64,000 nt of DNA from a virus (IMGVR_UViG_3300017748_000002:1-64000), one strand, 5' to 3'. Positions 1 to 9,115 are shown, numbered from the stretch's first letter. Notes: generated by a model from the letters alone, not told the origin. Numbers and translations: made by a program.

Positions 1-17
1 GCAAAGGTCTATCAATA

Positions 18-1247
18 ATGGAAAACTTTAAGAATTATATAACTGAAAATAAAAATACTCATATGACTCACATCGAAGACAAAGTTGTCTATGGTGGAGT
101 TGACGGAGCACGACAAGCAATCAATGCTCTTCGTTCTTTACGCGACATGCTAGGAGGTGTGAAAGGTGGAACTGTTTCTGTTAAGTGGGATGGTGCACCT
201 GCTGTCTTTGCTGGTACTGATCCTCGTGATGGTAAATTTTTCGTTGCAAAGAAAGGTATTTTTAACAAATCTCCCAAAGTCTACAAGACACCGGCAGATG
301 TTGATGACGATACTTCTGGCGATCTGGCTGATAAGCTTAAGCTCGCACTTAAATACTTACCAGAACTTGGTATAAAAGGAGTTATTCAAGGTGATTTTCT
401 CTATGGCCCGGGTGATATTAAGAAAGCTCGAATCAAAGGACAGCAGTATATTACGTTTCACCCCAATACAATTGTTTATGCAGTACCGGCTGGCACGGAA
501 ATGGCCAAGCAAGTATCGACAGCAAAGATTGGAATCGTATGGCATACGAGCTACTCAGGAAACTCGTTCGAAACGATGAAGGCATCTTTTAACTTTGATG
601 CGAGTAAACTGAGAAATTCTAGGAATGTTTGGTCACAAGATGCAAATCTACGTGACTTGACAAACATGACTATGTCAAAGAAAGAAACTGACGAAGTGAA
701 TAAGCTATTGTCAAATGCTGGTAGAACTTTTAATAAGATTGCTGGTGGAGCTCTTCGTCAATTAGAAGCAAATACAGAATTAACAAAACTCATTGAAACA
801 CATGCCAACTCTTTTGTTCGGGCTGGACAATTACCGCCTGATCCACGTAAGAGAGTTACTAACTTGATCTATTGGATCGAGAACCGGTTTAAGAAAGAGA
901 TAGATAAAAGAGGAACACCACAAGGTAAAGCAACTCAACAGAAAAAGCTTGATGACATCCTCACATTCTTTTCAAAAGAAAATAAAACAAACCTAGAAAT
1001 GATTTTTGAATTGCAACAAAATATCGTTCTAGCGAAATTAAAACTTATAAATAGTTTAAATAAACTTGGAAACGTTGGTACGTTTCTAAAAACAAACAGA
1101 GGATATCGTGTAACAGGACAAGAAGGTTACGTTGCAATCGATAAACTTGGTGGTGATGCAGTGAAAATTGTTGACCGTATGGAATTCTCATATGCCAACT
1201 TTTCACCCAATATATTAAAAGGATGGGATACACCAGGGAGAAATTAA
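18..1247 (+). CDS. Conserved T4-like phage protein (DUF6267-like) with ATP-dependent ligase/nucleotidyltransferase-type motifs; putative head-internal protein
   Basis: 409-aa ORF with KNTHMTHIED N-terminal signature; KWDG, IQGD, EGYV and AVKIV in the order of ligase motifs I, III, IV, V; N-terminus MENFKNYITE. Confidence 0.65.
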   Translation: MENFKNYITENKNTHMTHIEDKVVYGGVDGARQAINALRSLRDMLGGVKGGTVSVKWDGAPAVFAGTDPRDGKFFVAKKGIFNKSPKVYKTPADVDDDTSGDLADKLKLALKYLPELGIKGVIQGDFLYGPGDIKKARIKGQQYITFHPNTIVYAVPAGTEMAKQVSTAKIGIVWHTSYSGNSFETMKASFNFDASKLRNSRNVWSQDANLRDLTNMTMSKKETDEVNKLLSNAGRTFNKIAGGALRQLEANTELTKLIETHANSFVRAGQLPPDPRKRVTNLIYWIENRFKKEIDKRGTPQGKATQQKKLDDILTFFSKENKTNLEMIFELQQNIVLAKLKLINSLNKLGNVGTFLKTNRGYRVTGQEGYVAIDKLGGDAVKIVDRMEFSYANFSPNILKGWDTPGRN

Positions 1248-1693
1248 TGGCAAACTTTGTGTCATTCAAAGATATGTTAGCTACGCCAGATGCATATGCT
1301 GGCTATGACGATCAGCTAAAATACCGAAAGCAGAAGAATAAGCGGATGGGTTACGAAGAAGCGGAACCTACCGAAGAAGAACTGTCAATTTCTGGTAGAC
1401 GCAAACTCGCTCGAGTAATGAAGCGTCGTAAGTCTCAACTTAAAAGATCTCGTGAACGCGCTAAAAAGCGTATGGCTACTAAAGATGTACTCAAGAAGCG
1501 TGCACGCCGTCAATCTCGTGGAGCTGCTGCAAAGATTCTTACTAAAGGTAAGGCCAAGTCAGATCTCTCAGTAGCAATGAAGAAGAGTATTGAAAAACGC
1601 TTGTCACAAGGTGGATGGCAGCAACGTATCAATGTGCTTCAAAAGAGATTGATGCCTAAGGTGAGAAAACAGGAAGTTGGCAGAAAAAGATGA
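1247..1693 (+). CDS. Basic (Lys/Arg-rich) hypothetical phage protein
   Basis: ATG at 1247 overlaps upstream TAA (TAATG); ORF track extends it to 1223. Confidence 0.7.
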   Translation: MANFVSFKDMLATPDAYAGYDDQLKYRKQKNKRMGYEEAEPTEEELSISGRRKLARVMKRRKSQLKRSRERAKKRMATKDVLKKRARRQSRGAAAKILTKGKAKSDLSVAMKKSIEKRLSQGGWQQRINVLQKRLMPKVRKQEVGRKR

Positions 1694-2742
1694 TTTCGAG
1701 CTTTAAAAGCTATTTAGTTGAAGAAGAAAAGCTGGTTTATTTTACATTTGGTAGAATGAATCCGCCTACGATTGGCCATGAGAAACTTTTGAATAAGCTT
1801 GCAGCAAATGCTCGTAGTTCATTTCCATATCGTGTTTACTTATCTCAATCACAAGACAAATCAAAGAATCCATTAGATTATAAATCAAAAGTCAAGTATG
1901 CTCGGAAGATGTTTCCTAAGCATGCTCGTTCTATCATGATGGATAGAAAAGTAAAGACACCTTTTGATGCTATGACAAAACTATATGACGAAGGCTTCCG
2001 TAAGGTTGTCATGGTTGTTGGTTCAGACCGAGTCAATGAATTTGAACTTCGTCTTAAAAAGTATAATGGTAAAAAAGGTAGTCACGGATTCTATAATTTC
2101 AAAGACATCTATGTTATTTCAGCTGGTGATAGAGATCCAGATGCTGAAGGTGCAACTGGCATGTCCGCCTCAAAGATGCGTAAAGCTGCAGGTGACGATG
2201 ATTTCTCAATGTTTTCTCAAGGTCTTCCAAAAGCTATTTCAAATGCTGATGCTAAGAGTATTTACAACGGCGTTCGTAAAGGAATGGGACTTAAAGAACA
2301 AAAAGAATTTAAGAATCATGTACAACTGAAGCCGGTATCTGACCTTCGCGAAAGTTATGTACAAAAAGGCCTATATAAAGTTGGTGAGCAAGTTGTAATT
2401 AAAGAAAAAGGTATTGTTGGAAAAATTAATGTCCTTGGTTCGAACTATTTGATTGTTGAATCAAAGGGTGATACATGGCGTGTATGGCTTGATGCTGTTG
2501 AAAAAATGGATGAAGCCAAGCAAGATCCAGATATTAAAGATCGGCCCGGTGCTCAACCAGCTGGTTATCATACTGGCCTGAAGAAATCAACAAAGGTTGC
2601 TCGTGATCGACACTTTAAGAAATATGGCAAGAAGCCTGATGATCAAGATTCAGCTTACAAGCCAGCACCTGGTGATAAAGGTGCTAAAACTAAAACATCA
2701 AAACATACTAAAAAATTTAGACAAATGTTTGGAGACGACTAA
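1690..2742 (+). CDS. Cytidylyltransferase-like (HIGH-superfamily) nucleotidyltransferase of T4-like phages
   Basis: FGRMNPPTIGH motif, VVGSDR, SASKMR (KMSKS-like); ATGA overlap with upstream gene. Confidence 0.8.
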   Translation: MISSFKSYLVEEEKLVYFTFGRMNPPTIGHEKLLNKLAANARSSFPYRVYLSQSQDKSKNPLDYKSKVKYARKMFPKHARSIMMDRKVKTPFDAMTKLYDEGFRKVVMVVGSDRVNEFELRLKKYNGKKGSHGFYNFKDIYVISAGDRDPDAEGATGMSASKMRKAAGDDDFSMFSQGLPKAISNADAKSIYNGVRKGMGLKEQKEFKNHVQLKPVSDLRESYVQKGLYKVGEQVVIKEKGIVGKINVLGSNYLIVESKGDTWRVWLDAVEKMDEAKQDPDIKDRPGAQPAGYHTGLKKSTKVARDRHFKKYGKKPDDQDSAYKPAPGDKGAKTKTSKHTKKFRQMFGDD

Positions 2743-3146
2743 TGGCTGACGACGGTGTTCTTAATAAAGCACAGCAAAAGATTCGTAATCAACGAATCAA
2801 AGCTGCAGCGGTGAAAGTACGTAAAGATCGTGAGCGTATGGCCAAAAAAGATGCTAAAGAAAAACAAGCAAAAAATGATAGGAACAAGGGAATGAGATTC
2901 AAAGAGCATACAGAAATGATGGAAGATGCTACAGCTGGTTTGAAAAAGAAAGCTGAAAAATCTGGTATGCCATTAGGTGTTCTTCGGCAAGTATATAATC
3001 GCGGTGTTGCCGCATGGAAGACTGGTCATAGACCGGGGACAACTCCACAACAATGGGGTTTTGCTCGAGTCAATTCATTCGTAACTAAGTCCTCAGGCAC
3101 TTGGGGAAAAGCAGACAAAGATTTAGCAGCAAAGGTAAGAGGATAA
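2742..3146 (+). CDS. Conserved phage protein (DUF5824-like)
   Basis: KKAEKSGMPLGVLRQVYNRGVAAWKTGHRPGTTPQQWGFARVNSF signature. Confidence 0.65.
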   Translation: MADDGVLNKAQQKIRNQRIKAAAVKVRKDRERMAKKDAKEKQAKNDRNKGMRFKEHTEMMEDATAGLKKKAEKSGMPLGVLRQVYNRGVAAWKTGHRPGTTPQQWGFARVNSFVTKSSGTWGKADKDLAAKVRG

Positions 3147-3844
3147 TGAAAACTTTCGATCAAATCAGAGAAGATAAAGGTTTCATACCTCATATGATGT
3201 ATGATCCCAAGACTGGTAAAGGCTACAAGGCTGACAAACCAGAAGATCATGAGCGCATGAAAAAAATGGGATATACTCATGACAAGCCAAAAACAGAAGA
3301 TAAGCCGGAGCGGAAATCAACTCGTGAATCAGTTGTATGGGAAGCTATTGACCCAAAGATGCAAAAAGTAAAACAGCTCGCTCGTCTTGGTCTAGTCAAT
3401 AAGATGGATATTACACGCCTTATTCGTGCAATGAAATCCATTGAGACTGGTGAAAGAGTGGCAGAAAAAGATAGAAAAGTTATCTTCAGTGCGTTTGGAG
3501 ATCTTGTTGACATCATCACTGGTGATACAACTATCTTCACAAAGACTCGAAAAGCTGTCCAAAAAGAAGAAGTTGAACTTGATGAAGGTAAGTTCAAAGA
3601 CATGGTTATCCGAAAGCAGGACAAAGCAATGGGTGCTAAGCCTGTACCTCGGCCGAAAAAAGAAGCGAGAGTCATAGATCCAAAGGCTATGTCAGCATAC
3701 CAAAAATATGCTAAAGCCAAAAGAGTAGATGATGATTCTATTCGCATGGCTTGTGATAACCCCGATCATCCTGAAACAAAGCGTATGATGAAAAATAAAT
3801 CTTTTGCTACTGCGCTTAAAATGTATAAGGCAGCAACTGCGTAA
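3146..3844 (+). CDS. Hypothetical putative head-internal protein
   Basis: TAATG-coupled start at 3146, N-terminus MKTFDQIRE; ORF track starts at 3101. Confidence 0.65.
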   Translation: MKTFDQIREDKGFIPHMMYDPKTGKGYKADKPEDHERMKKMGYTHDKPKTEDKPERKSTRESVVWEAIDPKMQKVKQLARLGLVNKMDITRLIRAMKSIETGERVAEKDRKVIFSAFGDLVDIITGDTTIFTKTRKAVQKEEVELDEGKFKDMVIRKQDKAMGAKPVPRPKKEARVIDPKAMSAYQKYAKAKRVDDDSIRMACDNPDHPETKRMMKNKSFATALKMYKAATA

Positions 3845-3969
3845 TGGAAAAATGTCACAAATGCGATCATAAATGTCATTGCGGAGAAGAATGCAAAGAG
3901 TGCGCGAATGATGTTTGTTATCGCTGTGATTGCGATAATAGTTACCACTTCATAGGTGAAAAACAATGA
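3844..3969 (+). CDS. Cys/His-rich micro-protein, metallothionein-like (41 aa)
   Basis: Hand translation MEKCHKCDHKCHCGEECKECANDVCYRCDCDNSYHFIGEKQ; coupled to both neighbours (TAATG, ATGA); below ORF-track size cutoff. Confidence 0.7.
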   Translation: MEKCHKCDHKCHCGEECKECANDVCYRCDCDNSYHFIGEKQ

Positions 3970-4190
3970 AAAGATTCAAAGAATTCGTAGAAGGTTCGGA
4001 GACTTGGGAAAAAGGCTTTAAGCGCCGTGTAGTAAAAACTACAAAACCTGAGCACAAAGAAAAAGGTTATAAGTGGAGGATCAAAGGTAAAGATCGTCCT
4101 AACATTTCTATTAAGCTTTATAAGTCTAAGCCGAATCAAGCTGAATTTAATAAGCAGATGAAAAGGGTTGCTGGGCATGAGTTTGGATAA
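3966..4190 (+). CDS. Small basic hypothetical protein with capsid-targeting-like N-terminus
   Basis: 74 aa, starts MKRFKEFVE. Confidence 0.7.
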   Translation: MKRFKEFVEGSETWEKGFKRRVVKTTKPEHKEKGYKWRIKGKDRPNISIKLYKSKPNQAEFNKQMKRVAGHEFG

Positions 4191-4533
4191 GTTCAAAAAA
4201 TACAGAGAAGACTGTATTGATAATATATGCGAAAGCATGTACGATGATCTTGTTGTTGAAGAGTCTGAGTACCAAGGTCGTAAAGTAAAGCTGAACGATC
4301 CTATTCGTACTTCAGAAAATCCTGACAAGAAGTTCAAAGTTTATGTAAAGAACGCAAAAGGTAAAGTAATTGTCGTAAGATTCGGAGATCCTAATATGGG
4401 AATTAACCGTGATGATCCAAAAGCCAGAAAATCATTTCGTGCCAGACATAATTGTGATCAGAAAAAAGATAAAACAACTGCGGGGTACTGGTCCTGTTAC
4501 CAGTGGAGAGCAAGTGCAAAGGTTGACAGCTGA
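4177..4533 (+). CDS. Conserved phage protein (DUF6321-like)
   Basis: VRFGDPNM...ARKSFRARHNC...AGYWSC signature; ATG at 4177. Confidence 0.7.
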   Translation: MSLDKFKKYREDCIDNICESMYDDLVVEESEYQGRKVKLNDPIRTSENPDKKFKVYVKNAKGKVIVVRFGDPNMGINRDDPKARKSFRARHNCDQKKDKTTAGYWSCYQWRASAKVDS

Positions 4534-4534
4534 A

Positions 4535-4807
4535 ATGAGCACTGATCAAAGATTAGATCGTATCGAGGAAAAAATCGATCGACTAGCGGATGCTATGATC
4601 GACTTAGCGCGAGCTGAGGAAAAGATAGCAGCTTTGGCAGAATCTCAAACGCATCACACCGAAAGATTAAACAGATTGTCGACAAAAATAGATGATATTG
4701 CGGCCATTGCCGCAGATAATACTCGAACGGTCCAACTTATCAATAAGCTGTTCTGGGTAGTGATGGTGGCTGCTATTGGCGCCATAGCCTCAAACATCTG
4801 GATGTAG
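4535..4807 (+). CDS. Coiled-coil protein with C-terminal transmembrane helix (XhlA/holin-like)
   Basis: MSTDQRLDRIEEKIDRL heptads then hydrophobic LFWVVMVAAIGAIASNIWM. Confidence 0.6.
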   Translation: MSTDQRLDRIEEKIDRLADAMIDLARAEEKIAALAESQTHHTERLNRLSTKIDDIAAIAADNTRTVQLINKLFWVVMVAAIGAIASNIWM

Positions 4808-4818
4808 GAGTAAAACAG

Positions 4819-5721
4819 ATGACAAAATATATAGATGGTGTTAGGGCCGCACTCGAAGAAATGGCTCAAAAGAAAGAAGGTAACGCCTTCACAAAAGCTC
4901 TCATGGCAGCTCGTGAAAAGGGTGATGCTACATTTACTGTTGCTGGTAAATCATATAAGTGCGAAGATTATGACGAAGAAGGCAACATAAAAGAAGCAAA
5001 AGAAATCACTTATCGTGTTGGTGATAAAAAGCAGCATGGTAATATGGGTGCAAAAAATCTTAAAGATCTGATGGATAAACTAAAAGCTGCTAAGTTTGAT
5101 ATGAAGTCTTTAGAAATTTACGATAAAGATGCTAAAAAGCAAATCATGCAAAAAGGTAAAATGGTAGAAGCCACAGAAGAAGCCACAGAAGCAATGGATC
5201 CAGTAAATCCAAAGGCTGCTAAAAAAGATTTCAAAGATCGTAAAGACAAAGACATCGATAATGATGGCGATGTTGATAGCTCTGATGAATATCTCCATAA
5301 GAAGCGTAAAGCTATTTCAAAGTCTAAAGGTAAAAATGAAGATGAGCCTGATGGCGATAATGGTGAAACCGCAACCATGAATCCTAAGAAGGAAAGTAAA
5401 GTGAACAAAGAATCTACAATTCGTGATCGTCTCTTGTCAATTTGGGAAGATGCTGCCGGTGCTAAGCGTACGGCTGGTGCCACTCCACCAGAAAATGTTG
5501 ATGGTGGTAAGGACGGCAAAAGCCCAAGAAAAGATATGCGGAACGCTCACTCAGCTGAGAAGAAGGGTGAAGCTAGTAAAGAAGCTGACGACTCAGATGC
5601 AGCTGAAAAATCTACTAAGCCCGCAGCAATGCGTGGAAATGATAACAACATGGGCGATCGTCAAATCATTAATAAAATCGCCAATGCTTATAAAACACTG
5701 CAAAAAGGGAAAGATGCGTAA
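4819..5721 (+). CDS. Highly charged putative prohead core/internal protein
   Basis: 300 aa, K/E/D-rich; DKDIDNDGDVDSSDEYL motif; good RBS (AGGAG). Confidence 0.6.
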   Translation: MTKYIDGVRAALEEMAQKKEGNAFTKALMAAREKGDATFTVAGKSYKCEDYDEEGNIKEAKEITYRVGDKKQHGNMGAKNLKDLMDKLKAAKFDMKSLEIYDKDAKKQIMQKGKMVEATEEATEAMDPVNPKAAKKDFKDRKDKDIDNDGDVDSSDEYLHKKRKAISKSKGKNEDEPDGDNGETATMNPKKESKVNKESTIRDRLLSIWEDAAGAKRTAGATPPENVDGGKDGKSPRKDMRNAHSAEKKGEASKEADDSDAAEKSTKPAAMRGNDNNMGDRQIINKIANAYKTLQKGKDA

Positions 5722-5984
5722 TGTCACTTAAATCAGGACCAAAGGGTGCAATCCCTACTCACCGCGGATGGGTCGATCCACGTAGTGGCGAACTTCTCAA
5801 GTCTCAGCGTATTACTCAAGAACAACTTGATGAATACAACGGGGTTCAAATGTTAGCAGAGCCAGCTCCGGTTATTGAACCTGAGCCAGAAATGGAATTG
5901 ATTGTTGATTATGAACCAGAACTTGTAGAAGAAATGCCAAAGCCAAAAAAGAAAAAGAAGAAAAAGCTTGGTCTTTTTGGCTAA
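5721..5984 (+). CDS. Hypothetical protein
   Basis: 87-aa ORF coupled by TAATG; acidic Pro-rich middle, poly-Lys tail. Confidence 0.65.
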   Translation: MSLKSGPKGAIPTHRGWVDPRSGELLKSQRITQEQLDEYNGVQMLAEPAPVIEPEPEMELIVDYEPELVEEMPKPKKKKKKKLGLFG

Positions 5985-6016
5985 TCTGTTTGCTAGTTTT
6001 TTGAATATATAACTTT

Positions 6017-6385
6017 ATGATGGTATTTAATGAATTAACAGAAGAGAACGTACTTCTATACGCAGCGAAAGCTTATTATAAACCACAGTTCTCAGACATT
6101 GAAGAGTTCTACGAGGACTTGAAGCGCTTTAAATATATTAAGAGACTAGTTAATAGATACCTTGAACAAGGTGAATTGGCCGAAAGACTAATCATTAATC
6201 ATTTGATTGTTGTCTTCAATTCTTTTGGTATCGAGCCAGCGGTTAATATTTTAAAATTAAAGTTAGACGACAAACACTGGCCAACAATTAAACCGTTTTT
6301 GATTTATTTGAAATATATTACAGATGATCAAATTACTGGATTTACAATGGACAGGTTGGTCGTAGATAGGCTGAGAAAAATATGA
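6017..6385 (+). CDS. Conserved T4-like hypothetical protein
   Basis: FNELTEEN...YAAKAY...EEFYEDLKRFKYIKRL...RLIINH pattern typical of marine T4-like phages. Confidence 0.7.
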   Translation: MMVFNELTEENVLLYAAKAYYKPQFSDIEEFYEDLKRFKYIKRLVNRYLEQGELAERLIINHLIVVFNSFGIEPAVNILKLKLDDKHWPTIKPFLIYLKYITDDQITGFTMDRLVVDRLRKI

Positions 6386-6966
6386 GTATTCTTAAACGCG
6401 GCGCTGATATGGTCTACACCTTCCGGTTTATCCGGATGCTTGTCATGTCATGGACAAGCTGGGAGGCATACAAACAGGGAGTAATTGACCGCAATGGAAA
6501 ACGCATTAAGACACAGCCTCTTGATACGGAGCCTCGTAAGTCCAGTTATACTCCTTTCATCCGTCTTGCTGCTAACATTAAGCGGATGCTCAATAAAGTC
6601 CCCGGTCTCGGAAATAGTCTCGGATCGTTTGCTGCTGGTTTGTTTCTCATCAAAGAACGATTCGATCTGGCCGACCATCAGCTTGAAAAAATCTTGTCCG
6701 AGTTCGGCCTCGAACCAACAGACTTCCTCGAAGAAAATGCTCAATGGTTCGTCCTCGAAGACGGAACCTTGGGGCCCGGGGTTTATCGAATTAAGAATGT
6801 AAAAGTTTGTAATAAATCATTCGAAGAAATAGTATTACCAAAAGACCAAATAAAAGTTTTTGATGGTACTCCAATTGGTGATATTTTTGGTATTAATGTT
6901 TTTGAAGCAGTACACCTCAAGACTAATCAAAAAATATACATTACTATAAGCGAGATTTACAAATGA
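6382..6966 (+). CDS. Conserved T4-like hypothetical protein
   Basis: 194 aa, ATGA overlap; W..WEAYKQGVID.NG.RIK motif. Confidence 0.65.
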   Translation: MSILKRGADMVYTFRFIRMLVMSWTSWEAYKQGVIDRNGKRIKTQPLDTEPRKSSYTPFIRLAANIKRMLNKVPGLGNSLGSFAAGLFLIKERFDLADHQLEKILSEFGLEPTDFLEENAQWFVLEDGTLGPGVYRIKNVKVCNKSFEEIVLPKDQIKVFDGTPIGDIFGINVFEAVHLKTNQKIYITISEIYK

Positions 6967-7232
6967 AACCAGGACTATGGGCTAACATCCACAATCGTAG
7001 AAAGTCTGGAAAGAAGATGCGTAAAAAAGGCCAAAAGGGTGCTCCTTCGCCAGAAGCTTTGGCAAGAGCACAAGCATCAAGTGAAGAGATGACAACCACT
7101 GCATCGATTCCAAATCCAGCAGACACAGCAATGGGTCCACGATTTACTACACATAATGTAATGGATCGTAGAAAGAAAAAGAAACCTTCGCTGTTGAAAC
7201 GGTTTAAGAGTCACATGGACGATAATGCTTAG
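6963..7232 (+). CDS. Small basic hypothetical protein
   Basis: MKPGLWANIH...MRKKGQKGAPS; ATGA overlap. Confidence 0.65.
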   Translation: MKPGLWANIHNRRKSGKKMRKKGQKGAPSPEALARAQASSEEMTTTASIPNPADTAMGPRFTTHNVMDRRKKKKPSLLKRFKSHMDDNA

Positions 7233-7728
7233 AATTTATATTATAATTGTCATAGTCATGGCAATGGCCGGTGTTGGTTATGCCGCTAAGTATTATTATG
7301 ACACAACTCAAAACAAAATAGCAATTCTTACAGAGAATAACGCTCAGCTTGAAGTTGCGGTACAAACTGCCAACGAAAGCTTAGAAGTTGCTATTGCAAA
7401 TCAAAAGAAATTAGCTGAATTAAATAATAATCTACAACTAGATTTACAAAGAGCTGAACAATATGGAGATAGTCTCCGCAATAAGTTAGCTGAATTAGAT
7501 CTAGTAAGAGACGCATTGTTAGATGCAAAAAACTTAGAAGGTAGAATGAATGGCGCAACTGCTAAACTCTGGCGTGAGATTACAACCGATACTGGTGGTG
7601 ATGGCAGCCGCGATATTCCTGACTGGCTGCAGCAGCCTCAGGATGCCAGCGGAGATCAAAACAGTAACCAAGATCGAGAAAGTAACAATACCGACGGTAG
7701 CTCGTCCGAAGCCAGTACAACTCAATGA
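7225..7728 (+). CDS. Putative inner-membrane spanin (Rz-like)
   Basis: N-terminal TM helix followed by long coiled coil; overlapped by a lipoprotein gene in another frame. Confidence 0.65.
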   Translation: MLRIYIIIVIVMAMAGVGYAAKYYYDTTQNKIAILTENNAQLEVAVQTANESLEVAIANQKKLAELNNNLQLDLQRAEQYGDSLRNKLAELDLVRDALLDAKNLEGRMNGATAKLWREITTDTGGDGSRDIPDWLQQPQDASGDQNSNQDRESNNTDGSSSEASTTQ

Positions 7729-7945
7729 TGTTCGTGTTTACGTCGTAAACGCTGATATCTACGAAGAATTTGTTAAAGAGTTTACCGAAGAAAACGGTGA
7801 ACTTGCTTTTGTTGCGTTGTCAATGCAAGATTACGAAAATTTAGCACTCAATATTTCTGAGCTAAGAAGATATATAAACCAACAGAAGAATATAATCATT
7901 TATTATGAGAAGGCGGTGACAGAGGAACCAAAGGAGACAGAATAA
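7550..7945 (+). CDS. Putative outer-membrane spanin lipoprotein (Rz1-like)
   Basis: Lipobox AIFLTG-C; Pro-containing segment; overlaps 3' end of i-spanin; true start may be 7574 or 7601. Confidence 0.65.
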   Translation: MAQLLNSGVRLQPILVVMAAAIFLTGCSSLRMPAEIKTVTKIEKVTIPTVARPKPVQLNDVRVYVVNADIYEEFVKEFTEENGELAFVALSMQDYENLALNISELRRYINQQKNIIIYYEKAVTEEPKETE

Positions 7946-8532
7946 TGGAATTCATTATCGACCAACTCATAACATGGTGGCAGTTTACCGTAGTCGGTAT
8001 TCTTATTATTATTGGATGGCTAATCAATAAACTAGGTGTAGACCAAGACGAAGAGCTTATTGGCTTTGAATATACTGTAATGCCACAGCTTAAACCAATT
8101 CCTATTCCAACGGCCGGTAAAGGTTTCTGGGGCGCAATATGGATGTGGTTAACTGGTACACGTCATTGGGAAGTAGCTAATGACTGGATATTTAGTATTG
8201 AAGGCGAAGAATATATAATACCACAAGGATTCCAATTCGATGGCGCATCTATCCCTAAGTTTTTGCATACATGGCTGTCACCAACCGGTGTTCTTTTAAT
8301 GGGTGGATTAGTACACGACTATGCTTATAAGTACGCTACACTCTTAAAGTCAGACAAGACATCAACCATGGGCGAGATTAATCAAAAGAAAGCTGATCAA
8401 ATTTTTAGAGATATTAATATTGAACAAAACGGTTTTCACTTCCTCAATAATTTGGCCTACTGGGCGTTACGTATCGGTGGCTTTATGGCATGGAATGGTC
8501 ACAGAAAAGTAAATGCGCAGATTGGAAAATAA
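7945..8532 (+). CDS. DUF1353-like membrane-anchored protein
   Basis: IPQGFQFDGASIP...GLVHDYAY...ADQIF motif; N-terminal TM. Confidence 0.75.
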   Translation: MEFIIDQLITWWQFTVVGILIIIGWLINKLGVDQDEELIGFEYTVMPQLKPIPIPTAGKGFWGAIWMWLTGTRHWEVANDWIFSIEGEEYIIPQGFQFDGASIPKFLHTWLSPTGVLLMGGLVHDYAYKYATLLKSDKTSTMGEINQKKADQIFRDINIEQNGFHFLNNLAYWALRIGGFMAWNGHRKVNAQIGK

Positions 8533-8877
8533 ATGAATATGAAGTTTGGAATCGGTGTTGTTGTTGCTATTGTTATGCAAGTGAGCGCATTTGTGTGGTG
8601 GACAGCACAACAAGCACAAACCATAGAAACTCTGAAAGATCAAGTCAGTGAACTTACAAGTAAGATGGCTGTAGAAGATGAAGTTAATATGGCTCGTGAC
8701 ATTGCTGACATGAAAAAATTGTTAGCAGAACAAGATAAATGGATTACACAAAACTACAATGATATCGAAGACTTGATTGACTTTGCTACATTTACTGAAA
8801 ACAAATGGGCTAATGCTTATGATGAAGATCCAGGGTATAACAGGGTCTTTGGCAAAAAGCCAGCAACGAGGGATTAA
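8533..8877 (+). CDS. Hypothetical membrane-anchored coiled-coil protein
   Basis: N-terminal hydrophobic helix plus coiled coil. Confidence 0.6.
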   Translation: MNMKFGIGVVVAIVMQVSAFVWWTAQQAQTIETLKDQVSELTSKMAVEDEVNMARDIADMKKLLAEQDKWITQNYNDIEDLIDFATFTENKWANAYDEDPGYNRVFGKKPATRD

Positions 8878-8879
8878 TT

Positions 8880-9092
8880 ATGACAAACCTAAGAGACGAT
8901 ATTCTCACCGCCTTTGAATCACACGCAAAAGGCCATATTGATAAACATCGGATGAACGTTGAAGTTTATCTCACCAATCCAGCTGGTATCGGCGAACATT
9001 CTGATATTATGGAATCAATCGAAGTTGAGATGGAACAGATTGCAAAATACGATGATTTCTTAGAAATGGCAAAGAAATATTTTAGCGATTAA
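8880..9092 (+). CDS. Conserved small phage protein
   Basis: 70 aa, NVEVYLTNPAGIGEHSDI motif. Confidence 0.65.
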   Translation: MTNLRDDILTAFESHAKGHIDKHRMNVEVYLTNPAGIGEHSDIMESIEVEMEQIAKYDDFLEMAKKYFSD

Positions 9093-9115
9093 GAAAAATA
9101 AAAAAAATATTTTTT

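Noticed and set aside
1046-1053. Intragenic TATAAATA (also at 27370 and 50825)
   Set aside because: Inside coding sequence in an AT-rich genome and not close to a start codon; may be chance, so not called as promoters.
5167-5192. Tandem GAAGCCACAGAA repeat
   Set aside because: Two copies in frame encoding EATEEATEA in a low-complexity protein; no independent element.
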